Source: an uncultured virus (IMG/VR IMGVR_UViG_3300022753_001683)
Taxonomy: Duplodnaviria; Heunggongvirae; Uroviricota; Caudoviricetes
DNA: 56,690 bases
Direction: 5' to 3' (one strand)
IMG/VR virus record: IMGVR_UViG_3300022753_001683
Every line of letters begins with the position of its first letter. Positions within the stretch are counted from its first letter, which is position 1. The position numbers were made by a program, and so were the translations under genes. Of this stretch, positions 38,262 to 47,144 are shown in pieces. Under the pieces are notes generated by a model, which ran no database searches, was not told the origin of the DNA, and was given only the letters and a program-made list of their open reading frames with translations.

Positions 38262-38540
38262 ATGATGACTGCTGAAATGCTGATGACCATGCTGGAAACC
38301 CTCGAACAGGCTGGCGATGTTGAAATCCGTCGCGAATCCGACACTGAAATCTGTGTGGATTTCATCGACTTCATCGGCTTCGATGATGACTGGTGTGAGC
38401 AGTTCCGTGACTATACCATGCCTGAGCTGGTTGAGCAGGTGCAGGACATCATCGACGAGCTGGGCACTGGTGACTTCTACCATGAAGTGGTGCTTGATGG
38501 TGTGGGCTTCATGTTCGGTTGTACCTCTTACGACATCTAA
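38262..38540 (+). CDS. Acidic hypothetical early protein (92 aa)
   Basis: Own promoter, AAGGAAG RBS, D/E-rich. Confidence 0.75.
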   Translation: MMTAEMLMTMLETLEQAGDVEIRRESDTEICVDFIDFIGFDDDWCEQFRDYTMPELVEQVQDIIDELGTGDFYHEVVLDGVGFMFGCTSYDI

Positions 38541-38688
38541 GAGGTCACCGAGCACGGGCCTAGCTAGCCAACAAACAAGAGACACAACAAATAATTAACA
38601 AAAATAATCTGTATAAACCTATTGACAAACATCCTGAAACCTGCTATAATAGGTAGTGTCAAGGGAACAACGAAAGGAGATCAAAGCA

Positions 38689-38997
38689 ATGTTTATCCTC
38701 ATGAAGTATTCGAAGGTAGAAAGTACTCGCACTCGCACCGCCGCACACAGAGTAGGTCTGTTCCGCACTCGCAAAGGTGCAAACAGAGTGATGGCAAGGC
38801 TTCTGGAAGCAGAAAAAAAGAAGCCTGTACCTGCCACTTTCAAGGTGGAACATGAGTGCTATTACAGTACCCGCGCATTCTGGGATGCTGTTGCACAGAT
38901 GTACTGGGGTTGGCAGGATCGCCGCTATGCCAAACTGTTGGCGAAGTTCGACCGCATCCAGCAGAAGCTCGAAGCCATGAGGAGGGCAAGAGGATGA
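38689..38997 (+). CDS. Basic hypothetical early protein (102 aa)
   Basis: Own promoter and AAGGAG RBS before ATG 38689. Confidence 0.7.
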   Translation: MFILMKYSKVESTRTRTAAHRVGLFRTRKGANRVMARLLEAEKKKPVPATFKVEHECYYSTRAFWDAVAQMYWGWQDRRYAKLLAKFDRIQQKLEAMRRARG

Positions 38998-39116
38998 ACA
39001 GCGCAAGGTTTAAGAAGCTCGTCAAGAGGAAAGAAAAGCAAGTCTATGCACAGAGGAGGGAAGAGCGATCTTCCCCCTCGAAAAAAAAGATAAAAAAGTT
39101 TGCGGAAAAGGCTTGA
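38994..39116 (+). CDS. Possible 40-aa highly basic peptide
   Basis: ATGA overlap with the previous gene and GGAGG upstream; the stop lies inside the next TTGACA. Confidence 0.35.
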   Translation: MNSARFKKLVKRKEKQVYAQRREERSSPSKKKIKKFAEKA

Positions 39117-39188
39117 CAAATACCCTAAGACGTGCTATACTAATAGTGTCGAAAGGGACAAGACAAAACACAGAAAGAGGTAATGAGA

Positions 39189-39626
39189 ATGAAGATCTGG
39201 TTCGATATGGATGGTACGATTGCTGACCTGTATGCGGTTGATGGATGGCTTCAGATGCTCCGAGCTTACGACCCTGCACCCTACGCAATGGCAAAGCCCA
39301 TGCACCACATGGCAACGCTGGCAAGGATGCTCAACAGGGCACAGGCACAGGGACACGAACTCTGCATCATCAGCTGGTGTAGCAAGGAAAGCACTCTTGC
39401 CTATGATGAAGCAGTCCGAGCCGCCAAGCTCGCATGGCTCGCCAAGCATCTGCCTTCTGTTCATTGGGATGTGGTGGAGATCGTTCCCTATGGGCAGAAC
39501 AAGTGGGACACCTGCAAGAGCGGCATTCTCTTCGATGATGAAGAGCGCAACCGCAACGCATGGGAACAGGGCAAGGCGTTCACTCCCGAAACTATCTTCG
39601 CCACTCTCTCTGCACTCACTCGCTGA
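39189..39626 (+). CDS. HAD-superfamily 5'(3')-deoxyribonucleotidase-like protein
   Basis: WFDMDGTIAD (motif I), IIS (motif II), K..WL.KHLP, ILFDD..N (motif IV). Confidence 0.75.
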   Translation: MKIWFDMDGTIADLYAVDGWLQMLRAYDPAPYAMAKPMHHMATLARMLNRAQAQGHELCIISWCSKESTLAYDEAVRAAKLAWLAKHLPSVHWDVVEIVPYGQNKWDTCKSGILFDDEERNRNAWEQGKAFTPETIFATLSALTR

Positions 39627-39661
39627 GTGCAGAGAGCAACAAGAAAGAGAGGTAAATGACT

Positions 39662-39895
39662 ATGGGATTCAGTTATAATAGTTATAATAGTGATAACTCT
39701 GGATGCGCGACTGTGATTGCGGCGCTGATTGTGCTGGCGCTGGTCATCTTCGCTGGGCCATGGGTTGTGCAGATGGGATACAATGCAGTAAAGCTGGACT
39801 TCAACCTGCCTGACCTGAACTACTGGCAGTTCTTCTGGGCTACCAATGCATTGCAGGTTATCTTCAAGACCAATGTTTCCAGTAAGAGCAAGTGA
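39662..39895 (+). CDS. Small membrane protein (77 aa)
   Basis: GAGGT RBS, hydrophobic helix, followed by a terminator at 39901-39938. Confidence 0.65.
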   Translation: MGFSYNSYNSDNSGCATVIAALIVLALVIFAGPWVVQMGYNAVKLDFNLPDLNYWQFFWATNALQVIFKTNVSSKSK

Positions 39896-40084
39896 TAAAT
39901 GAAATGCAGGATGACTCCACACATCCTGCATTTCTTTTCCCTCTGGCCGGCTGGTGCACGGGCGCCAAGTCTGTGCACCAGCCGTATTCCCGCACGCATA
40001 GGCCATGCATAATTATTCATCGACAATGCATAAACATACAAAAACAAGCCCCATCCCAAAACAGAGCCACTCTCGTCTTCGCTT

Positions 40085-40300
40085 GCGCGGGCGGAATTTC
40101 ACCGCCGTGGATGTATGGGGTGGAGTGATCGCGTAGGCTAGGGGGACGATTTGAACGTCTCTTCTACTTGCGTAGCGTGCTAACCGAGCTGACACTACCC
40201 GTTCGCCGCGATCTGGAAGCTCTTGATACCTGCGAGAGTTTTGCCACCGAGTAATCGCGAATCCTCAGTGCCCGTAGTGGTTGTGCTTCCCTCAACCTCT
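40085..40300 (-). ncRNA. Candidate structured ncRNA with a tRNA-like domain lacking an anticodon loop
   Basis: Own TTGACA-17-TATAAT promoter (40335/40312) and no RBS/ORF. Core 40200-40141 has TA-GTGT/GCAC D-arm with GG loop, CTAC(GCAA)GTAG hairpin and GACG(TTCAAAT)CGTC T-arm, enclosed by GATCGCG/CGCGATC. The 3' end is approximate. Confidence 0.65.
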
Positions 40301-40466
40301 GATAGTATTATACTACAAGAGGGATCAAATGTCAATACCTTTTTGCAGAAAAAGAAAAAAAAGTTTTTTTCAAAAACCTATTGACATTCCTGCCCACCTA
40401 TGCTATAATAGTCTCAGTTGGTGAGGGAAACACCGACAAGACAAAATGACAAAGGTGGTAATCACA

Positions 40467-41036
40467 ATGAATGCACTGGAACTGATGGATCTCTACTACG
40501 ACCGCATGTGCGCTTGCACTTCCACTTCTGGACGCAACAACAACTTCAAAAAGATGCTTGCTCTGTGGGAAGAAAATGAAGTTGTTCGTGCGGTTTGGAC
40601 TTTTGTCAAGGATGCCTATTTCATCGTTGATCGGTTTGTCAAGGGCGTTGTTGACAAGGTAAAGTCTTTCTTTAAGCCGACCGCAAACGTGGTTTACTCC
40701 TGCGACAAGGTAGAGGGCAATCAGCTTGTGTATCTCCTGCGGCTGCTTAATGAAGAGGGCAATCTGGTTTGGTCAAAGGTCGGCACGACCACCCGAACCA
40801 TTGAAGAACGCATGAGCGAACACCTGCGCTACTATCGCAAGTATGGTATCAAAACGATCGAAGTTACTAAAGTTTGGGATTGCGGAGAAGTTGACGCAGA
40901 AGGTTTGGAAAGTTTCCTGCGTTCCAAGTACATCCGCAAGCATCCGAACACTTTCCAGAAAAATGATCGTTTCTATCAAGTTGAGTTTGATCTGGAACAG
41001 GCTGAAAAGTGGGTTGACTTCTATCTGAACGATTGA
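40467..41036 (+). CDS. GIY-YIG/T5orf172-like nuclease-domain protein (189 aa)
   Basis: VYLL...KVGTT.R..EERM..H...E motif pattern; own promoter. Confidence 0.55.
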   Translation: MNALELMDLYYDRMCACTSTSGRNNNFKKMLALWEENEVVRAVWTFVKDAYFIVDRFVKGVVDKVKSFFKPTANVVYSCDKVEGNQLVYLLRLLNEEGNLVWSKVGTTTRTIEERMSEHLRYYRKYGIKTIEVTKVWDCGEVDAEGLESFLRSKYIRKHPNTFQKNDRFYQVEFDLEQAEKWVDFYLND

Positions 41037-41121
41037 AAAAAAAGTTTGTCAAGGGCGTAAAAACCCCTTGACAAACAGCCCAAGATGCTGTATAATAGTT
41101 AATGTAAAGGAGGTCAAGAAC

Positions 41122-41526
41122 ATGGCTAAGGAACTTCAGTATCCTACCCCTGAGTGGTTGGACGCCATGGTCGATAAGACTGGTTGCTCACTGGAAGAAG
41201 CCGAAATGGCATGGTGGGACAAGCAGATCGACAAGGGCAACCCTACCCCATGGGACTTGCCACCCGAGCAAGAGAAGGAAGCACGCAAGGCGAACCGACC
41301 CAAGGCTCACAAGGTGGTTGACCCTGCAGGCAAGACCCGAACCCGAGAACGCAAGCCCAACGAGGACAAGCGACTATTGGTGGACTGCCTGCACGACGCA
41401 TTGAAGGACTTTGACAACTGCGAGGTTGTCAACCCCGAGCGTCAAGTGGACTTTGTGCTGAACGGCGTTTCCTATTCGGTTACGCTGACCGCCCACCGAC
41501 CCCCCAAGGACAAGGGGAAGGGCTGA
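41122..41526 (+). CDS. Hypothetical early protein (134 aa), paralog of 47934-48407
   Basis: AAGGAGG RBS; shared RERKPNE.KR.L...VNPER...F......YSVTLT.HR motif. Confidence 0.8.
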   Translation: MAKELQYPTPEWLDAMVDKTGCSLEEAEMAWWDKQIDKGNPTPWDLPPEQEKEARKANRPKAHKVVDPAGKTRTRERKPNEDKRLLVDCLHDALKDFDNCEVVNPERQVDFVLNGVSYSVTLTAHRPPKDKGKG

Positions 41527-41677
41527 TACCCTTCCCCAAGCCCCGAAAAAAAACTTGAAAAAAGTTTCAAAAAGGGCTTGACAAACCGACCGACCTGTGG
41601 TATACTTAAGATGTTCCAAGGGAAGGAACAAAACAAAACGACAGCGCCAAGAGCGCGGAAAGAAAGAGGTAATCGCT

Positions 41678-42046
41678 ATGACTACTATCAATGTGAAGAA
41701 TGAGAAGCTGACCTACGTGACCGCCCTGACCTACGCCATTGAGAACGGCAACCTGCCCACCGAGATCGCGGAAAAGCTGATTGCCCTGCGTACTCAGCAG
41801 GAGAAGCGTAACAGCGGTGAGAAGAAGCCGACCAAGGTTCAGGAAGCCAACGTTGGCATCAAGCAGGTTATCCTGACTGCCCTTGAGGGTCAGGAAGCCA
41901 AGACCGTAAGCGAGATTCAGACCCTTGCTCCCGAGCTGGGCGAGCTGAGCAATCAGAAGGTTGCAAGCCTTGTCCGTCAGCTTGTGGAAGAGGGCAAGCT
42001 GACCCGAATCGAGGAGAAGCGCAAGGCGTATTTCCGCCTTGCCTGA
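41678..42046 (+). CDS. Winged-helix DNA-binding protein, paralog 1 of 3 (122 aa)
   Basis: KKPTKVQEAN..TVSEI...LSNQKVASLVRQLVEEGKL.R.EEKRKAYF. Confidence 0.75.
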   Translation: MTTINVKNEKLTYVTALTYAIENGNLPTEIAEKLIALRTQQEKRNSGEKKPTKVQEANVGIKQVILTALEGQEAKTVSEIQTLAPELGELSNQKVASLVRQLVEEGKLTRIEEKRKAYFRLA

Positions 42047-42167
42047 CCCTCGCGGGGTGGTGAAAAAAACTTTCACCACCCCGAAAAAACCCCTTGACAA
42101 CCTGCCTATCCTGTGCTATAATAGTATCAACGAAAGGGCAAGAGCCCGAACAACGAGGAGGATCCCC

Positions 42168-42425
42168 ATGAAGAACACCATCGCTGCCACCCTGATCGCC
42201 AACTACGGTTTCGAAGCCCAGTCCAACTGCCTGTTCACTGGCAAGGGCTCTTGGCTGGCCTCTCACGAGACCGTCAAGGTCACCTTCCACGGTGACATGG
42301 TCACCATCGACCACTACCGCTTCTTCTGGGATGGCGGTGATGTGGAGTGGGAACGCTCCACGGTGGTCACCTGCCACCTCTCCCGACTGTGGGAGAACCT
42401 CCCCGAGTGGGTGCTCAGAGCCTGA
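42168..42425 (+). CDS. Hypothetical early protein (85 aa)
   Basis: Own promoter, GAGGAGG RBS, downstream terminator. Confidence 0.7.
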   Translation: MKNTIAATLIANYGFEAQSNCLFTGKGSWLASHETVKVTFHGDMVTIDHYRFFWDGGDVEWERSTVVTCHLSRLWENLPEWVLRA

Positions 42426-42622
42426 GCCCCACTCTTTTTTTATTCGCCGGCGCGTGGGCGGGCGCTGCGCTTGCCCACTCGCCGAATTTCCGCGAGGAGC
42501 ACCAGCCAGCAAAAAATAATTTGAAAAACTTGCAAAAAAGGTATTGACAAATCATCCCGAATCTGCTATAATTAAACCATCGAAAGGGAACACAGAGTCC
42601 CAACAGAAAGGAAGTTACTACT

Positions 42623-42874
42623 ATGATGACTGCCAAAGAAGCTAAGACCATGACCACCAACTACCTGACCGCCGAAGCTGACAAGCACCTGCAGAAGATT
42701 GAAGACACCATTCAGATCTATGCCAGCAAGGGCAACACCTCCATGTATTACAGCAATGGTCTCAGCGGTGCCGACCCTCGCATCCAGTCCAAGGTATACA
42801 ACACTATGGTTGAAGCAGGTTACAAGGTTCGTTGGTGTGAATCCAGCCTGCACATCAGCTGGGCAGATGCCTAA
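42623..42874 (+). CDS. Hypothetical early protein (83 aa)
   Basis: Own promoter and AAGGAAG RBS. Confidence 0.7.
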   Translation: MMTAKEAKTMTTNYLTAEADKHLQKIEDTIQIYASKGNTSMYYSNGLSGADPRIQSKVYNTMVEAGYKVRWCESSLHISWADA

Positions 42875-42959
42875 AAAAAGTTGCTCAGAGGGGTTGACAA
42901 ATCCCTCTGAGCATGGTATAATAAGTACATCAAAAGGAACAAGAAAGGAAGTAACTACA

Positions 42960-43298
42960 ATGACTAAGAAGATTTCTCTGAATGACTGGACCTACATCGG
43001 CAAGTACAATCCTGCGGCCAAGTGGCTTCGTCCCCTCTGCTCCTACTCTCTGACCGAAGCTGGTGCCTATTCTGCAGATGGCAACCCCGACTATCGCCGC
43101 GATTGCAAGATTAGCTGGCCTGTGTATCTGCTCCTGTTCCTGCCTGTGCATCTACTTCAGTTGCTGGTGTGCCTGTGGGATGGCGGCTTGAAAGAATTTG
43201 AAATTGCAAGTCGCCACATTGGGCATGATTACATCACTGCACATGGCGACAACAGCGGACGCTATCAGATGGCAAAAGAAATTTGGGAAAAGGCTTGA
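42960..43298 (+). CDS. Hypothetical protein with a hydrophobic segment (112 aa)
   Basis: Own promoter, AAGGAAG RBS before ATG 42960. Confidence 0.7.
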   Translation: MTKKISLNDWTYIGKYNPAAKWLRPLCSYSLTEAGAYSADGNPDYRRDCKISWPVYLLLFLPVHLLQLLVCLWDGGLKEFEIASRHIGHDYITAHGDNSGRYQMAKEIWEKA

Positions 43299-43351
43299 CA
43301 AAGCCTTTCCCCTGTGGTATAATAAATGTATCAAATGAAGGAGTGATAAAC

Positions 43352-43525
43352 ATGGGTATCATGATCGGTGCTATTGTTGCAAGTCAGACCGCTATGAGAG
43401 TGGCGGCAATGAATGCCATGAAAAAAAATCTGGAAAATCAGAAAAAAGCTGTTGACAAACAGCCCAAAGTGTGCTATACTAATAATGTCGAAAGGGACAA
43501 CAGAAAGGAAGGTAAACAAAAATGA
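43352..43525 (+). CDS. Small hypothetical protein (57 aa)
   Basis: Own promoter and AAGGAG RBS; its 3' half overlaps the next promoter. Confidence 0.5.
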   Translation: MGIMIGAIVASQTAMRVAAMNAMKKNLENQKKAVDKQPKVCYTNNVERDNRKEGKQK

Positions 43526-43836
43526 TGAAGATCGAAATGACCAAACACGCTATGGTAGACCGCATTGACCGCTGTGTGTACATTGCACAGAAGATTGGCT
43601 TCGGTGACAAGATTGTGTGCGAAGGTTTCCGCAGAGACAAGGGCACTCGGCAGTGCCTGTCCGAAACTGGTGTGCTGATTGTCAAGATGCCGGAAAGCGA
43701 AACCATGGTGACTGCTTACATTCCCACTCTTGAACAGGCTGGCATGATTTACAAGTCCGCAGGCTTGCACATGCCGAACTGGATGGCACAGAAAATCAAG
43801 AAGAATCAGAAGTATGCAAAGGGCTGTCCTGTGTGA
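43522..43836 (+). CDS. Hypothetical early protein (104 aa)
   Basis: Own promoter and RBS; TKHA..R motif near the N-terminus and VTAY near the end, weakly reminiscent of RelE/BECR-like folds. Confidence 0.65.
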   Translation: MMKIEMTKHAMVDRIDRCVYIAQKIGFGDKIVCEGFRRDKGTRQCLSETGVLIVKMPESETMVTAYIPTLEQAGMIYKSAGLHMPNWMAQKIKKNQKYAKGCPV

Positions 43837-43932
43837 CAGCCCTTTGCAAGAAAAAAATTTTCAAAAAGGTATTGACAACCTGCCGAACCTATGGTATAAT
43901 AAGTACAACGAAAGACGAAAGGAAGTAACACA

Positions 43933-44406
43933 ATGAACACTCTGCTTCTCACCTTCATCCTGCTGAACATCGCCAATGTTATCATTCAGACCGTCAAGAG
44001 CATTGCAACCATCAAATGCGGAAAAGGGGTCGCCGCGATTGTTAACGCTGTTGCCTTCGGACTCTACACTGTGGTCACTGTCTACATGATGTGCGATTTG
44101 CCTCTTGCCACCAAGGCGCTGATTGTCGCAGGCTGTAACCTTGTGGGTGTGTATGTGGTCAAGTATTTTGAAGAAAAGGCAAGAAAAGACAAACTCTGGA
44201 AAGTCGAAGTCACCATTCCTGCCGAACAAGCAGAACAGATGATTGAAGATTGCAAATACTATGGATTCACTTACAACTATGTGAACATCGAAAAGTATTT
44301 CTTGTTTAACTTCTATTGTCCCACTCAGCAGGACAGTCTGAATGTTAAGAAACTGTTACAGAGCTATGATGCAAAATACTTTGTGACTGAAAGCAAAAAT
44401 TTGTGA
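43933..44406 (+). CDS. UPF0316/DUF5698-like membrane protein (157 aa)
   Basis: Three hydrophobic helices (NVIIQTVKSIATIK.GK..AAIVNA) followed by a small soluble domain. Confidence 0.6.
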   Translation: MNTLLLTFILLNIANVIIQTVKSIATIKCGKGVAAIVNAVAFGLYTVVTVYMMCDLPLATKALIVAGCNLVGVYVVKYFEEKARKDKLWKVEVTIPAEQAEQMIEDCKYYGFTYNYVNIEKYFLFNFYCPTQQDSLNVKKLLQSYDAKYFVTESKNL

Positions 44407-44473
44407 GAAAGGGGTTGACAACCCCTCTCACATGTGGTATAATAAGTACATCAAAAGGAAAGAGGTAATGAAC

Positions 44474-44746
44474 ATGAGAGCAACTGGTATTGTAAGAAGA
44501 GTCGATGAACTGGGTCGCATTGTTATCCCCAAGGAAATCCGCAGGAACCTGAACATCAAAGAGGGCGATCCCCTTGAGATGTATCTGGACAAGGAATACG
44601 GGCTTGTGATGAAGCCCTACCATGAAGAGCATCTGAGCTTTGACCGCCTGCAGTCTGAGTGGGAAAGCCTGAGCACCGCAAAGCGGCAGGAACTGATCTG
44701 CGAAATGGTGAACCACCTCGATGACCCCATCCGCTGTGAAGAGTGA
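44474..44746 (+). CDS. AbrB/SpoVT-family transcriptional regulator (90 aa)
   Basis: MRATGIVRRVDELGRIVIPKEIRRNLNIKEGDPLE closely matches the AbrB/SpoVT N-terminal swapped-hairpin domain. Confidence 0.9.
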   Translation: MRATGIVRRVDELGRIVIPKEIRRNLNIKEGDPLEMYLDKEYGLVMKPYHEEHLSFDRLQSEWESLSTAKRQELICEMVNHLDDPIRCEE

Positions 44747-45233
44747 CCGCAAGGTCACTCTTTTTTCGCCCGCGCGCCCACGAGCGTGGGCGCCGGTTTT
44801 CCCGCGTATCCTTCCATTATACCATTTTTCGAGCAATTTGTCAATAGGCAAACTGCACAAACTTTTTCCCGAAACTTTGTGCAATCTGTCAATAGACATT
44901 TGGGGTCTGATACTGTATAATAGATAATGTCAGGAGGGCACTGAGGTGATGCCGAGTGAAGCTGGTCGACAAAACTTCTTCAAAAAAAGTTTTGAAAAAC
45001 CCTTGACAAAGCCGCCAAGATGTGATATACTGATAGTGTCAAGAGGGCAAGGAACTGCAAGAGGAACCCTTCGGCGCTGAAGCGCACAGGATAAAAACTC
45101 AAAAAAAAAGTTTCAAAAACCCCTTGACAAACACCGCAAGGTGTGGTACAATAAGGATGTCGAAAGGGCAAGGCGCCAGCCCCACTCGACAGTCACTAAC
45201 ACCAATCGACAAGAAAGAAAGAGGTAATGAATC

Positions 45234-45587
45234 ATGGAAAAGATGACTTATGTGAAGGCTCTGGAAGTTGCTCTGAACTGCGAAGCTCTGTCTGCCGAAG
45301 TGCGTGAGAAGCTGTCTGCTCTGCGTGACCAGCAGGTCAAGCGTAACTCTGCGGAGAAGAAGCCCACCAAGACCCAGCAGGCGAATGAGGGCGTGAAGTC
45401 CCATGTGCTGGAAGTGCTGGCTTCCTGCGCCCAGCCTGTGACTGTGTCTGAACTGATGCAGGCTGATGAAGAGCTGTCCCAGCTCTCCAATCAGAAGGTC
45501 GCTTCGCTGGTTCGCCAGCTGGTGGAAGCTGGCAAGGTTCAGCGACTGGAAGAGAAGCGCAAGGCTTACTTCACTCTGGTGAAGTGA
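45234..45587 (+). CDS. Winged-helix DNA-binding protein, paralog 2 of 3 (117 aa)
   Basis: Same C-terminal LSNQKVASLVRQLVEAGK..R.EEKRKAYF motif. Confidence 0.75.
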   Translation: MEKMTYVKALEVALNCEALSAEVREKLSALRDQQVKRNSAEKKPTKTQQANEGVKSHVLEVLASCAQPVTVSELMQADEELSQLSNQKVASLVRQLVEAGKVQRLEEKRKAYFTLVK

Positions 45588-45720
45588 CCTTGCGGGGCAG
45601 GGGTAAAACCCTGCCCCATCTTCCCGAAAAAAAGTTTCAAAAAGGTATTGACAAACAGCCCAACATCTGCTATAATAGATAATGTCGAAAGGCAATAGAA
45701 CAAGAAAGAGGTAATGCAAA

Positions 45721-46377
45721 ATGAATCGCCACTTCTACATTCTGATGGATACTGAAACTGCCAACGGTCTGGATTGCCCCATCAACTACAATACCGCATG
45801 GTCTGTAATTGACCAGCACGGCAACACCTACGAAAACTTCAATTTCATCAACCGCGACATTTTCTTTGACCGTCCCGAACTCATGCAGTCCGCATACTAC
45901 GCCCACAAGATTCCGCAGTATCTTGAACAGATTGAACGCGGCGAAATCAAGGTTGCAACGTGGTACGAAATCCGCAAGGCGTTCCGCGACTGTTGCGAAA
46001 AGTACAACATCAAGGCAGTTATCGCCCACAATGCCCGATTCGACTATCGCTCCTGCACGATGACCCAGCGTTACGAAACCTGCTCCAAGTATCGCTACTT
46101 CTTCCCGAAGGGCGTTGAAATTTGGGACACGCTGGCAATGGCTCGTGATGTGGTCGCCCCGATGCCCACTTACCGCAAGTGGTGCGAAACCAACGGTTTC
46201 ACCTTGAAGAACGGACAGCCCCGACTGACCGCCGAAATCCTGTTCCGCTTCATCTCCAAGGACATTGACTTTGTGGAAGAACACAAGGCAATGGAAGATG
46301 TGAACATCGAAAAGGAAATCTTTTGGTACTGCATCCGCAAGCACAAGGCAATGCGTCGAAAGGCTTTCAAGGACTGA
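45721..46377 (+). CDS. DEDDh 3'-5' exonuclease (218 aa)
   Basis: DTET (Exo I), AHNARFD (Exo II), H.A.ED (Exo III). Confidence 0.85.
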   Translation: MNRHFYILMDTETANGLDCPINYNTAWSVIDQHGNTYENFNFINRDIFFDRPELMQSAYYAHKIPQYLEQIERGEIKVATWYEIRKAFRDCCEKYNIKAVIAHNARFDYRSCTMTQRYETCSKYRYFFPKGVEIWDTLAMARDVVAPMPTYRKWCETNGFTLKNGQPRLTAEILFRFISKDIDFVEEHKAMEDVNIEKEIFWYCIRKHKAMRRKAFKD

Positions 46378-46445
46378 AAAAGTCCTTGACAGCCGCCCCA
46401 AAGTGTGATATAATAAGTACATCAAAAGGAAAGAGGTAATTGACC

Positions 46446-46682
46446 ATGACTCAGTTTCAGTATGAAGTAAATGTTTACGAAGAAGACCACGTCCTGTCCT
46501 GCAAGACCAACAATCCCCGCACCGCCTGCCAGTTTATGCTGGATCATGCCGACTGCTATCTTGATGTCATCAACGGTTTTACTGGTGAAGTGCTCGCTGT
46601 GATGAACCATGAGAATGCTTACTGTCAAGAGGATTTCGGGCTGATGCTTCTCGGCTATATGACCGAAACAATTTGGGGCTGA
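46446..46682 (+). CDS. Hypothetical early protein (78 aa)
   Basis: Own promoter, GAGGT RBS, UUCG terminator at 46675-46708. Confidence 0.7.
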   Translation: MTQFQYEVNVYEEDHVLSCKTNNPRTACQFMLDHADCYLDVINGFTGEVLAVMNHENAYCQEDFGLMLLGYMTETIWG

Positions 46683-46952
46683 CCCTTCGGGGTTGGCTCT
46701 TTTCTTTTGAGCCGGTCGTGCGCGGGCCACACGACCGGTTTTTCCGCAATGGGCAGATCTACCAAGAAATTCGCTGAAAATTTGTGCATTTTGCCAATAG
46801 ACATTTTATCCCGAAAGTGGTATACTAATAATGTCAGGAGGGGAGGCCAAGAAACCGAGAGGCGGCCGACTCTCAGGAAGTAGAGGAAGAAAACTTGAAA
46901 AAAAGTTTCCGAAACCTCTTGACAAACCACTGACCCTGTGGTATAATAAGGG

Positions 46953-47049
46953 TGTCAGGTGAGGGAAGCAACTGACAGTCGCTTAGCCAAGGTAGCCTGC
47001 GGAGTGGGTGCGCAACACTCCATGGTTAGACCCTGTGCAAGCGAAGCGA
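46953..47049 (+). ncRNA. Candidate small structured RNA
   Basis: Own promoter (46919/46942), no RBS-ORF. Hairpin TGTCAG/CTGACA, then nested stems TCGCTT/AAGCGA, AGCCA/TGGTT and GGAGTG/CACTCC. Confidence 0.45.
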
Positions 47050-47144
47050 AAAAAAAGTTTGCGAAACCCCTTGACAAACAACTGAATAGGTGCTATAATA
47101 AGAGTGTCCTAAGGGACAAGACAAAAAGAAAGAGGTAATGAATC

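Noticed and set aside
40141..40200. Canonical or amber-suppressor tRNA gene
   Set aside because: No 7-nt anticodon loop (CUA or other) and no 7-bp acceptor stem; reported as a tRNA-like RNA instead.
38160..47100. CRISPR-like array from recurring AAAAAAGTTT..AAAA.CCCTTGACAAA
   Set aside because: Copies are degenerate, irregularly spaced and coincide with UP/-35 promoter elements; there are no constant-length spacers.
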